A DNA stretch of 64,000 nucleotides, from contig NIVC01001027.1 in the NCBI GenBank assembly GCA_002269645.1, positions 8,352-72,351 on the forward strand, given 5' to 3'. Both the position numbers and the translations under genes were made by a program. Shown in pieces: positions 33,751 through 46,284 of this stretch. Below the pieces are notes generated by a model. The model searched no databases and was not told the origin of the DNA. It saw only the letters and a list, made by a program, of their open reading frames with translations. Within the stretch, counting starts at the first letter, position 1. Each line of letters begins with the position of its first letter. This stretch comes from Macrostomum lignano. Taxonomy: Eukaryota.

Positions 33751-34989
33751 ACATCATCTAATTCTACCAATGGACCAGACTTAGCTATTTTCTTCCTTTT
33801 CTCTTGGTAGATCCATCCATTGTTCTCCTGGCTATACCCTCCCTTGCCCCATCTTTGTTTTAATATGTTTTTTAACATTTTCAATTGCCAGTTAAATTCT
33901 TTTCCCTTGTGTGGCCTACCTGCTGCTCTCTTTGGTATCCCACTCCTGGGAATTAACCATGTATATGTATATAAAATCTTGCGTGTTTTACTCAGTTTTA
34001 ACTTTCCTATTGGTACTTATTCTGTACCCCTTCTAATTTCAGTTTAATTTCCTAATTGCATGTTCTCTTGACCTTTATTTCTTAATACATTACTTTTTGC
34101 CCTCGGTACTACCAAATTTATCTTATCATTGCAGCAACAATAATAATTGACAATAATATTTATTAGCTTTGCCTAACTTAGTATTTATTCAGTTAACAAT
34201 AATAACTATTTATGACAACTATTTATTCATCTTATTTATTCATCTTCATTCTTAATCAAAGCCCTTAGTTTTCTATTGAGTCATTTGCCTACGGGGCCTA
34301 AAACAATCTATTTGTCTCATCTCAAAGAAAGCTATAAGACCCTCAACAATCCATAATACAAAATTATGGTAGTGGCAGTGCTACTTTACTACTGATAGTA
34401 ACAAACTAAGCATATTGACAGACTATGAAATTTATAGTGTCTGAAGACCCAATTGAATGACTGTGCCATTAAAAGACTGTTTGACTACAAATTGACTACC
34501 CTCCCTCTAGACTTGAGGACCTAGCAGACGGAGTATTGAAGGAGAAGAGTTATGAATCAGTTTATGAAATTTTCTAGCTTTATGAGTACTAAGACATCAT
34601 AGGTGGCAATTCAAAGTTTAAAACTGCCTCACCTCATTGGTGTCAGCGAAGCAAACCAATGCCCCATTAATTTATTTTTTTCTTTTCTTATACCCCAATA
34701 CCTAGTCCTAGACCAGACCTATGCTTAGATAAAATACTTAGACTTATACTTTTTTTAGATTATTCAAAGATATAATAAACTTATAATAGAATAATATTAT
34801 AGGCCCCATTGGTGGTAGATACCAACATTTAGTATATTTAATTAATTAGGAGAAAAGCAAAGCCATATCACAACTTTGGTAGTATTTTGTAAGATCCAAT
34901 TAGACAGAGGAATACCACTAGCAAAATTGTATTGAATTGGCTTTAGCTATACTGATAAAAGACTATATCCAAAAATAGGCCCTAGGCTA

Positions 34990-36137
34990 GGGGTTCCGAT
35001 GAGGTTTGTGAAATATGTCCCAAAACACAAAAAACGTGAAAATGTGTCCTACGTAGAATGAAGAAAAAAGGTACTAAATTACGAAATAAAGACAAACTGT
35101 AATATACAACAGAAACTAGACAAATTATACTTTCCAAAATGTGTTGAACCTTCTTATAGTATGACATAAGAAAAAAGTTATATGTGTCGAAAGTTGCCAC
35201 AAAAAGCGTCACAAATACGAAATGAAGCCAATCGTAAAAATGAGGGTTCTTACGGCCAATTGAAATATCACCTTAAAGCGTGCTAGGAATAACAAATTAA
35301 ATGAAAGGAATGAATAAAGGATATAGTAAAACACAAATTTTGCAATAAAAAAATGAAAAAAAAATTTCTAAGGCCCCTCTACTGTCAGTTGAAAATTTTC
35401 AACACGTTTTTCTTTGTGTCGTCATGAAAGGCCACATTTTAAACAATTCAATTTGATATGCGGGTAACCTTTGCTCCATTTTGCCAAAAAGAGGCATCTC
35501 GAATGACTTGCCGCAAGGCAGCTGAGCCTCTGTTCCTTTATACATGTAAACTGCCATTAAGAAGACAATAAAGTTGATGTCTGTCTTCACAGATGCAAAG
35601 ACGAGGAAATTAAACATGTTTAATATACAGATTTCCATGCTGAATGACATGGTATAAGTCCCATTGCATGAAACATGAAAGTTTGCCGCAAGGTCAATAT
35701 TTAAGTTAACCTGCCAAAAAATGTGCATTTACTTGTAGTAGATAAATGGTAAATTTGCAGATTTTTTTTTCATTTTTTCATTTTTCTGTTTTCGTTTTTT
35801 TTTTGTTTTTTTGTTTTTGGACTCTAATAGGGCCACAAAAAATATAAAAAATGCAAAAAAATGACACCAAATATATTAAAATTGGATAAGGGACAAAAAA
35901 AGTTATAAATAAAAGTATATGAAAAATTGTACTTTTTGCACAAAAAAGGTCACAGGCCGTAATGCAAAAATGCCATAAGGAATTACAAAATTTTCTACAA
36001 CTAAAATGCTATAACTTTTTTTATTTCTTGACAGAAATTAACAAGTGAGGCCATTTTGGATTTTGGTTGCAGAGATCTACTTAGCTGCCTAAAAATATCC
36101 AAGAATAAAAAATGTTTCAAAACCTCACTGGAACCCC
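34990..36137. mobile_element. Non-autonomous TA-flanked DNA transposon (GGGG…CCCC termini)
   Basis: Imperfect ~25-bp TIRs GGGGTTCCGATGAGGTTTGTGAAA / GGGGTTCCAGTGAGGTTTTGAAA (rc); TA on both sides (34988-34989, 36138-36139). Confidence 0.7.
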
Positions 36138-37093
36138 TACCTAGGCCTACTAAGTCTACTTTGAATAACTTAAAGGCTTAACAATATGACATCAATAGGC
36201 CTAAGTAGGCCTAATTAAGCCTATGTAGGCCAAATATTATATTAAAACTTGATACTAAGAAAAAGCTCAAAATTCAAATGACAAATGGTCAAATAATTTT
36301 TGTAAAACCTAATTAACTAGGCCTATACCCATTAGACATGCTAGACAAGTAAGACAACAGCTTCCTAATCCTAGGCCTAGCCTTGTAGATATTCAATACA
36401 TAGAAACTACTTGCATAGGCATAGGCCTATGTGCTAATAGGAACATTTCAAAAAGTGGGGAGGGCAGGTTCAAGGTTTAATGGCAGATTTAGGAGGGAGA
36501 GGCATATAGCCTATAGGGTGCACACCCCTTGTTGAATATGATATTTTTTTATTTATAGAAAATGCACATTATCATCTACCAATTATTTTTAGCATTGGTC
36601 AGCACTCATTTTAGCACTAGACTAGGCATATAGGCTGTATAAGCACTCATTTTAGTACCACAGGCCCTATTTTAGTACCACAGGCACTCATTTTAGTGCC
36701 ACAGGTGCTATGTTTTGTCGCCCTGCAGCAAAATGCATTCATGCAAAGCAGCAAAAAATAAGAGTAAAAAATAAGCTGAAAGTCTACATTTAGCATTTAA
36801 TTTGTGGAGGGGTCAGATACAGGGTTTTTTTTTTGTGCGCAGAGTGTGCGTATGCACCCTAAATTTTAAAATCGCACCCTGAAATTAAAAAAGTAGGTGC
36901 GGTTTAGGTGCGGTCTTATAACCATTTTTCTTTAAAGGCTTAACCATGCTTAAGCTATTTTTTATGCACTGCCTTAAAATATGAAACAAAATAACTCTTT
37001 AAATCCTATTAAGTCATATAGGCGATATAGCCTATAGCTATAGCCTTATGTAAGATATTAAAATATACATTCCCAGTTGTCTGAAATGTGAGC

Positions 37094-39583
37094 AATGTGA
37101 GGGTTTCACGAGAGATATTCAGACAAAGGCTCCCTAAAACACGCCCCGCACCGGGCCCCGAACTGCTACACATTATAACATTTTTTGTCAATGCAGTATT
37201 TGATTGCAAGGAAAAGTTAAAATAGTAATGAAACAAATATCTTTATTTATTTTTTTAAATATTATTATTTTTTATATTCTCGTTTTCATTATTAAATTAT
37301 AATATTATTATTTTATTAATATTATTATTAATATCACTTTTTGTTCACCAAATTTTATATTTCAAAGTAAAAAAAACTAAATTTAATAAAAACTTGAAGC
37401 TTAACAGAAAACGCATTCTGAAGTGTCTTTAGTTATAGTCCAATTTGTTTTAATGTGTAGCGCTGCAGGGCGGTGCGGGGCGTGTTTTAGGGAGACCCAT
37501 TCAGACAGACATTCAAAATGATTGTCTGTAACTTCAAACAAAATTGACCCGCTTCAACCATCTTTTTGGCAAATACTTACGCAAGTGTTGGGCGTCAAAT
37601 AAGCTTTAATTTATTAACTGAAGTAAAAATCCTTCTGACATACATTGATTTAAAAATTGCTTAGCAACACTAGCTCTGATTAGAAATCGCTTTACTGTTG
37701 ACTAAAATTGTTTTGATCGTAGCAGCCTAAAAGCAGATACTGGATTTAAAAATGCTTCGATTTACTCTATACGCATGTCTCAGCTTTAAAATGACACCTC
37801 AGGCGTCGCAAAAGACAGCTTTGATGCTGAGATATTCGACACTAAACATGCATTGCTTTGCGCAATCTCACATTCAGAAATTTCACTGATTTTTTGTCGA
37901 TATTTGTGCAGTTGCCATGTCCTTGTTTTTCATCAGAATCTTGTCAAATTCTAGTCATGTCTATACGCATGTCTCAGCTTTAAAATGACACCTCAGGCAT
38001 TGCAAAAGACAGCTTTGATGCTGAGATATTCGACACTAAACATTGCTTTGCTCAAACTCACATTCGGAAACTTCACTGATTTTTATTCAATATTTGTTCA
38101 GATGCTTGTCTACTTCTCCATTTATTAACCATCGCATGGAGCCTTGCTAACGTACAAGTGTATGTAGTTACAGTAAATGGGGTTTTTGTGACTCACTTAA
38201 ACTTGTTTACGCATTCTACAGCTATTCGCCGCCTTTCATTGGAGTGATTCATGGAGTCCAGTTGATAAATTTCCACAAATTGGACTGCTTCTACGTCAGA
38301 TCTCAACATTTGGAACCGTCCTTGAACTATTTCAGAGTTAAGTGAGCTAATGGCATCAAATGGAAGGCTAGTGCTCGTACTTGTAAGCGAAGCAGGTTCA
38401 CAATTGAAATGGTTGTATTCATGGCCATGGGATCTAAACTGATCTGTTTTACTTTCACGATCGCTTTGGTCTCAGAAGGAGCAGCAGTTGATGGACTGAG
38501 GTGAGAAGAAGATGTGTCACGACTTGAGCTGTTTTTTAGAAAATATCTTTATCCAATTAAATTTTTTCATGCGGCTCCTTAGGTTGTTCCGAATTCCGAG
38601 TCTAGAAGTCAAGACAGAAAAAAAGTTAAGAACTGCTACTGTAGTCCGTAGGGATTGGAAAGCTTAGCAGTACATTAGAAATCGCCTGTTCAATCTAAAA
38701 AGTTTGAAGTACATATAGCTATTGGGTTGCAACAACAGTAGAAAAAATTCTTCCTTTTTATTTTATTCCCACCGCTTACCTCATTCCGATTTGGATAGCA
38801 GAATTGCCGCGCAAAAAAAGTAAAAACATAACAATAAACTATTTGCTTCATATTAATTGCCACTGACTGTTAATAAACGCAACGTCAATTTCTCTCAATA
38901 ACAGTTGGAACATGTTTCTTGTACACTCGTATATTTATTTGAACCGCAAAGCGGTGAAAAAGTCATGATTGGTTTCCAAATGTACAAATGTACACTCACA
39001 GACTCACTGACTCAGGTACAATCTATGCAATATAAAGGCAGGAATCATTAAAAATCAAATACTTAAGACAGTTTAAGAGAAGTCCAGGTTTAAACTGGAC
39101 ATGACTAGAATTTGACAAGTTTCTGATGAAAAACAAGGACACGGCAACTGCACAAATATCGACAAAAAATCAGTGAAATTTCTGAATGTGAGATTGCGCA
39201 AAGCAATGCATGTTTAGTGTCGAATATCTCAGCATCAAAGCTGTCTTTTGCGACGCCTGAGGTGTCATTTTAAAGCTGAGACATGCGTATAGAGTAAATC
39301 GAAGCATTTTTAAATCCAGTATCTGCTTTTAGGCTGCTACGATCAAAACAATTTTAGTCAACAGTAAAGCGATTTCTAATCAGAGCTAGTGTTGCTAAGC
39401 AATTTTTAAATCAATGTATGTCAGAAGGATTTTTACTTCAGTTAATAAATTAGAGCTTATTTGACGCCCAACACTTGCGTAAGTATTTGCCAAAAAGATG
39501 GTTGAAGCGGGTCAATTTTGTTTAAAGTTACAGACGATCGTTTCGAATGTCTGTCTGAATATCTCTCGTGAAACCCTCACATT
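37094..39583. mobile_element. Foldback-type element C with ~480-bp near-perfect TIRs (inside B)
   Basis: 37094-37125 plus 37508-37970 is the reverse complement of 39100-39583; no TSD found; no transposase ORF. Confidence 0.85.
37126..37498. mobile_element. MULE-type MITE D (inside the left TIR of C)
   Basis: TIR CTCCCTAAAACACGCCCCGCACCG; 9-bp TSD ATTCAGACA (37117-37125, 37499-37507); AT-rich interior. Confidence 0.88.
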
Positions 39584-40903
39584 CTAAACAAGACTCAAGA
39601 GAAATTGCACTCTGAGCCTTAAAATCGCACCTTGAAATTTGGCACAAGGTGCGATTTTGCACCTTATCTCTGGCGAAAAAAAAAACCCAGGTCAGATACC
39701 ATTACTGCCCCCTCCACTTTAAAAAAGTGGGGGCCATGGCCCCACTGTCGCCCCTGTTCCTACGCCTATGACTACTTGTGAAATCGCTGGAGAACATAAA
39801 GTAGACCTATCTAAACAGCGCATGCTATGCAATGCTAATTAAATTAGGCCTAATCGACCTGCCATTGTAGGCAAGTTTGTAGCGTACTTTAATAACTTTC
39901 CCGAAATTTCTTCCGATTTCTAAAAGTCAAAAACTATTTCCAGAAACTTCTTTGAGTTAGCAGCTAATCTATAACATACGCATTTAAATAGTAAATAATT
40001 AATTATTACTTAACTATCAATGTTCTAATTGTATTTACGTAATGTATATAATTAAAGAGTTATTTCGCTTTGTTAAAATTAGCTGAATCTTTCTAGAAAT
40101 TTCCGGAAGGCAATAACAAAGCTATAAATACACGGCGGCAGCAGTGAAACAAATCACTCTCTCTCTCTCCCCTTGTTTTCTCTTTGATCTAAGTTCCGTT
40201 GGTAAATAACTAAATGAACCACCGCCTTGCTCTTATTCAATAATCTATTAAAGAAAATTCTACAAGTTAAAAAAAGTGACACCGTCGCCATCTTGGATAA
40301 GCAGCAATATAAATATACTGCCATTTGTTTGCTGTTTTTTGAAATACATTAAGAGAAAGAGAATATACCCTTTGTCAAATCGACGTACAAATCGTCGTCA
40401 AATCGACGTACAATTTTGGCAAAACAACCTTGGGGGCCCCTAGCTTTGGAACTTTCTGCGAAGTCGTTTTTTCTAAATCTTTAAAAAGGTTGTTTGGTAT
40501 AACAAATTGGGAGCGAATGTAAGTCTGTCGCGAGCGGTTTTGATTATGGTTCAGTTGCCGCTTTTTTCAGCTGCAATTGTCAAAAAATATGATAGGAGCA
40601 TATACTATACATGACGTACTGGTACGTAGTACAGACTGTCTGGGATGGCCGACTGCATTCAACATTTGATATGCTTTCAGTAGTATTCGGCGTATCTGAT
40701 CTCAGGCCATGCCAATGTCTGCAGGAGTGCGCAGATATGCTTTTAAGTTCGTTACTATGCCTTGCGACCAGGGACAACTAAAACCCTCGGGACGCGAAAC
40801 GAGCCAATTCATGGCAAAAAATCTGAGGGGCTCGCTTAAAAGTATTGTTCTATGGCTTTTTCAAGTCTTCTCTTCTATCAGGCATTAACGGTTAGATTAA
40901 ATA

Positions 40904-41322
40904 TAGTATTTGTCATGCTATCTCAGCCTAGAGACATCCAAACTCAGCCAGTCCCATTCCGCAATGCGTTTTTTTGGCTCGAGCTAGTCGACTTTTACCA
41001 TAGACATGCTTCTTAAGGCCATGCTATCTCAGCCTGGGACATGCAATCTCAGCCAATATAGATTTCAATTGCAAACAGATCTCAATGCTATCATTTCTAT
41101 AACGTGACATGAAATGGCAACAAACAGCAATGAATGAACGCAGCAAGAAAAGTCAGTAAGGGTACGCAACAACGCTGAGATTGCATGTCCCAGGCTGAGA
41201 TAGCATGGCCTTAAGAAGCATGTCTATGGTAAAACTTGACTGGCTTACGTAAAAAATCGCACTGTCGAGATGGGCTGGCTGAGTTTGGATGTCTCTAGGC
41301 TGAGATAGCATGACAAATACTA
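40904..41322. mobile_element. ~420-bp palindromic MITE inside the P-like element
   Basis: TAGTATTTGTCATGCTATCTCAGCCTAGAGAC… mirrored over ~150 bp at the other end; TA flanks. Confidence 0.8.
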
Positions 41323-41570
41323 TAGTAAAGCGAGGCAATGTCGAGTATTTAATTTAAAGAATAGGAACCAGTGATATAATTACAATGTATTTACAATAAC
41401 ACGCCAAACTCAGCCTCAAGTGGATCACTGTGAAAGTCAGCCAGCAGAACGTAGCTGATTCGTGGGTCGGACAAAAGAACCTCACACATCTCACAGGCTC
41501 CGCGCAGTGAGTTTACTAGCGCTGACTTGGTCTCGGGCGTCAATGAATGATGGCGAGCTCGGCTTTTTCC

Positions 41571-42787
41571 TCAAAGTGTCGAATCAAACGAATCCGCGAG
41601 CGCGCTAAGAAATTGTATGCTTTCATCTTGAACGGAATAGACTGGTCGCCTGTCCGGATCCCGTAGTCGTGCGTGTAGATCAGGATTTTTACAATTGACA
41701 ATTTTCCAGAATCTCACTATGGTTTTGATAAATTCCGCAGTGTCTGAGTATCCATCACACTTCAATGCAGCGGCAACCCTTTCATCGAGAACTTGGAGAG
41801 CGAGACTGACTTTAGTTTTCTGAATGCTTGTGGGATAACAGGCCTCATGAGTTAGACATGTGCGCTTGACTACGTGGTCTTTCTCCATTTGGTACAGGCG
41901 TACCACGTCTGACCATTTAGCGGATATCTATCTGTCAGCGCCAGGAGGTTGAATGCTTAGAATTCCATTCGCTTCCATTTGCCAATTGTTGCGAATGAAT
42001 TTGATAATGTGAACGAAATCGAACAGCATGAAGAATTCCAACTCCTGTGCAGCATCCGTTCCAATTCATGGCTTCGCTCTTCCATCGCTAAATAAAGCAA
42101 AACACTTGCGGTTGGTAGGGTGATTGTCGCTGACGAGCAACGACACGGCCACCGTTGTTGTTAATTGCTTTAATACATTGGCTGACGCATTTTCGCAGAA
42201 ACTCCGCAGACAAAATGCCGGCAAAAAATCAAGCAGCTGAAAAGCGTCCATCTCATCGATGTCGCCGCACCTCGCGTCAGAAAGAACACCGCGCTTTTCG
42301 GCCTGTCGGTCCTGGTCTAAAATAAGAGTAAAAATAAAAGTAAGATAATTGTGAGCGGCAAAATCGATGTAGACGCTAAGTGTTGAGCAATCTTAAGTTA
42401 CGTACCTTGGTTCTGAACAAAACACGAGCTAGGAACTCCATTGAAAACAGAAGGAGGATTAATTGGCCTTTCGGTAGAGTTTTTCTTGACCATTGGAGCA
42501 TCGCTTGGCCAATGCTTTACGCACACGCCCATATTGTCAGTCACTCTCTAAAATAATAAATTTTGGGTTTCAAGTTGTTTGGACGAGACTGGCATGCAGA
42601 ATTGAAGCGGAATTATGCAGCAGTAATGACAGCAAATGATCTGGTTTCTTACCTGGAGAATATTTGGCAGCGCCTTTCTCCATCGCTCTCGCTCCTGTGG
42701 ATCTCTGGGAAACGCAAATGTCCGTGTTCGAACGGCTTCAGCGTTGTAATTTGAAGAGCACGGAAATACGCTGCTCTTTCTTGGCAT
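41571..42787 (-). pseudogene. THAP-domain P-element-like transposase remnant (spliced, deleted)
   Basis: THAP exon 42787-42653 (MPRKSSVFPCSSNY…FAFPRDPQERERW) spliced to 42547-42406 (GVCVKHWP). Core motifs VSDNHPTNRK, FDFVHIIKFIRNNW, KTKVSLALQVL, TAEFI. The C-terminal part is missing. Confidence 0.88.
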
Positions 42788-44439
42788 TTCATCAAGTGAA
42801 TAAAAAATGCTTCTCTTGATATAGTTCAGCTTAGCTTCACTGCTGGCCGCAGCTAAAGCAATTTTAATTTGCCTGATAGCAGAGAAGACTTGAAAAAGCC
42901 ATAGAACAATACTTTTAAGCGAGCCCCTCAGATTTTTTGCCATGAATTGGCTCGTTTCGCGTCCCGAGGGTTTTAGTTGTCCCTGCTTGCGACTTGATGT
43001 ATATGTATAGGCTCGTGTAGCTGTCGATTTTAGATTTTTGGTTCACATGCAAACGCTGGTGAAGATGGCATGCAATACCGACGATGTACCTAGCTATACA
43101 TGGAAGCGATACAGAACTGGGATGCTGAACTTTAACCCGTTTCTCTGCTGCTTGAAGTCTGTATATTGCATGTCTCTAGGAGCTAAATCTAAAATGTAAA
43201 CCATGTAAAATAAACTGAGCAGCTTATTCACGCTGGTGGGTGGGTGTAGGTACATATGATAGATAATGTACACTGTACAACAAATTTCAATGTGTAGAAC
43301 TTTCCACGGATTTTTTGCTAGATTGGAAGTTTCAGACTCGTATTCTCGTTTTTTGCTAATGTATATGTCACATGCATTATAGCCACAACTCAGTAACAGT
43401 AAGCTTTGCACTGAAGTAGACGATTACTCAGAATTGTTAAAATATTTAGACTAACTCCATTCATTGTTTTTACTACATATTGAATTGGTGTTAAACGTGT
43501 TTAAAAAGCGTGTCGAACGTTACGCACCCGTGCCAGTCTGCACACTTGCTAGTTGCCAGTGAACTTTGAAAAAAATCTGGGTTTTTTGAAACTACATGTA
43601 CGCTCGTATTATTATTAGTTTTTTTCAAAAAGGAGTACTTGGAGGAAAACTTTAATAAAGCTAGCTAAAATAAAATGAAACTGAAAAGCTCGTTTTGTAG
43701 TATAGATAATTATTTGCAACTAATTTAAAGAACTTCGAAGAATGTTTTGAAAAGCAACAGTGCGTTTTAGTGATAGCCGCGTTTTATTTTTGATGGCGAT
43801 CGAGTGTACACAGAACTTTGCGAAATAGCGCCAGCAGGAATCGAATTGTAATGATTGTTGAAATAGTGTAAGTCACTCCTGCAAGGACTACGTCGATTTT
43901 GTCATAAAGATGGTCGACAAGTCCCAATCGAGACAGGCTTTGAAGAAACGGTCTTTGGTGTTTGACCAAGCGTTACATTAAATTTAAACTCTGAAAAGGG
44001 CATATCTTGACTTTGCTTTGTGTTAAACTCGGCTGCTAACGTACTCATGCAATGCTTCATTAGTCAAGCCTTCTTTGAAGTGATAACGGAAAGCATCTAA
44101 TTCGATTGAATGGCCTTCATGACACTCGGCCGTCCGTGAGATCTTTTCTATAGTACAATATGTCAAATGAGCATCATATCAATGACGTCTCTCTCGTCAC
44201 CGCCTGAGTGATTAAATAACCTAGCTAGTACACAGGAACTGCGAAGACTGTGCCAGTGATTAGATCCGCGATTTGGTAGTGTCTTCGGCAACACTGCCTG
44301 TGCTTCCAGCACATCTCGATCTCGTTTTCATGTACAAGCGTAAAAGCTAGGATCTGAAGACATGCAAAAACACGAAAAATTTATGATTTGTTACGATTTT
44401 TTGTGAGAAAAGGGCCAAGATGAATAGGGAATTTTTTAG

Positions 44440-45800
44440 ATCTCAGTGTTCATCGGGGGAATTGCTGAACTTCTGTGGCTCGACCCGATCAAGGCTCACG
44501 GGGAAATTGCTGAGATCTCAAGGCTTACGGAGGGATTGCTGAGATGTCAAGGCTCATGGGGGAATTGCTGAGATCTCAAGGCTTACGGGGGATTGCTGAG
44601 ATGTCAAGGCTTATGGGGGCATTGCTGAGATGTCAAGGCTTATGGGGGCATTGCTGAGATGTCAAGGCTCATGGGGGAATTGCTGAGATGTCAAGGCTCA
44701 TGGGGGAATTGCTGAGATGTCAAGGCTCATGGGTGAATTGCTGAGATGTCAAGGCTCATGGGGGAATTGCTGAGATGTCAAGGCTCATGGGGAATTGCTG
44801 AGATGTCAAGGCTTACGGGGGAATTGCTGAGATGTCAAGGCTCACGGGGAAATTGCTGAGATCTCAAGGCTCACGGGAGGATTGCTGAGATGTCAAGGCT
44901 CACGAGGAATTTCTGAGATGTCAAGGCTCACGAGGAATTTCTGAGATGTCAAGGCTCACGAGGAATTGCTGAGATGTCAAGGCTCACGAGGAATTGCTGA
45001 GATGTCAAGGCTCATGGGGGCATTGCTGAGATGTCAAGGCTCATGGGGGCATTGCTGAGATGTCAAGGCTCATGGGGGAATTGCTGAGATGTCAAGGCTC
45101 ATGGGGGAATTGCTGAGATGTCAAGGCTCATGGGGGAATTGCTGAGATGTCAAGGCTCATGGGGGCATTGCTGAGATGTCAAGGCTCATGGGGGAATTGC
45201 TGAGATGTCAAGGCTCATGGGGGCATTGCTGAGATGTCAAGGCTCATGGGGGAATTGCTGAGATGTCAAGGCTCATGGGGAATTGCTGAGATGTCAAGGC
45301 TTACGGGGGAATTGCTGAGATGTCAAGGCTCACGGGGAAATTGCTGAGATCTCAAGGCTCACGGGAGGATTGCTGAGATGTCAAGGCTCACGAGGAATTT
45401 CTGAGATGTCAAGGCTCACGAGGAATTTCTGAGATGTCAAGGCTCACGAGGAATTGCTGAGATGTCAAGGCTCACGAGGAATTGCTGAGATGTCAAGGCT
45501 CATGGGGGAATTGCTGAGATGTCAAGGCTCATGGGGGAATTGCTGAGATGTCAAGGCTCATGAGGAATTGCTGAGATGTCAAGGCTCATGGGGGAATTGC
45601 TGAGATGTCAAGGCTCATGGGGGAATTGCTGAGATGTCAAGGCTCATGAGGAATTGCTGAGATGTCAAGGCTCATGGGGAATTGCTGAGATGTCAAGGCT
45701 CATGGGGGAATTGCTGAGATGTCAAGGCTCATGGGGGAATTGCTGAGATGTCAAGGCTCATGGGGGAATTGCTGAGATGTCAAGGCTCCACGGGGAATTG
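44440..45800. repeat. 28-29-bp minisatellite (ATTGCTGAGATGTCAAGGCTCATGGGGGA), ~47 copies
   Basis: Tandem array; a variant block (…CTTACGG…CACGGGAGG…CACGAGG…) is itself duplicated (~44790-44990 and ~45270-45470). Confidence 0.97.
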
Positions 45801-46284
45801 CTTTCATTTTTCTCAAGAAACTAACAAAAGTGATTGTACAAGGCCGAAAACTACATGTACTTTATTCAATTTTCTTGCCAATCCTTTTATTTGGGAGCCC
45901 TGATTGCTAGTCACCATTTGTGTGGCTCTTGTTTTATACTGATAGAAAGATATAATAGGAGAATGTAACGACTTTGCAACGCGACTTTCAGCTGGTTCTC
46001 CATTTAGCTAATCCAAACAGAAAGTAATCAGAGATTGTAAGAGTTGTAGCACGATCAATGTGTGCATATTTAGTTATGCTAAAAGGCTATATAGATGTGA
46101 AACTGAAAACGAAAATTTGAAAAATGTGTCGAATAAACATTGTGTGTCGCTTGTCTATTTATATAGATTTCCCAATCACTACTACAAAATTGTTAAACAT
46201 AAATTAGACAACAACGATGACTCAGTGCATTCAAACAGTATAGCATTTTAATATAAATATAGCTTACGGGATATAAATATAGCA

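Larger units (their letters stand above)
36820..39690. mobile_element. hAT-like non-autonomous element B (inside A)
   Basis: Termini C(A/T)GGGTTTTTTTTTT; subterminal AAAATCGCACC repeats; 8-bp TSD GTCAGATA (36812-36819, 39691-39698). Confidence 0.85.
36414..39770. mobile_element. hAT-like non-autonomous element A (outermost of nest)
   Basis: Termini CATAGGC(A/G)TAGG; 8-bp TSD ACTACTTG (36406-36413, 39771-39778). Confidence 0.8.
40769..42985 (-). mobile_element. P-superfamily (THAP) DNA transposon, internally deleted
   Basis: 116-bp TIRs starting CAGGGACAAC (40769-40884, 42870-42985, about 1 mismatch); 8-bp TSD CTTGCGAC; THAP and P-type transposase remnants inside. Confidence 0.92.
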
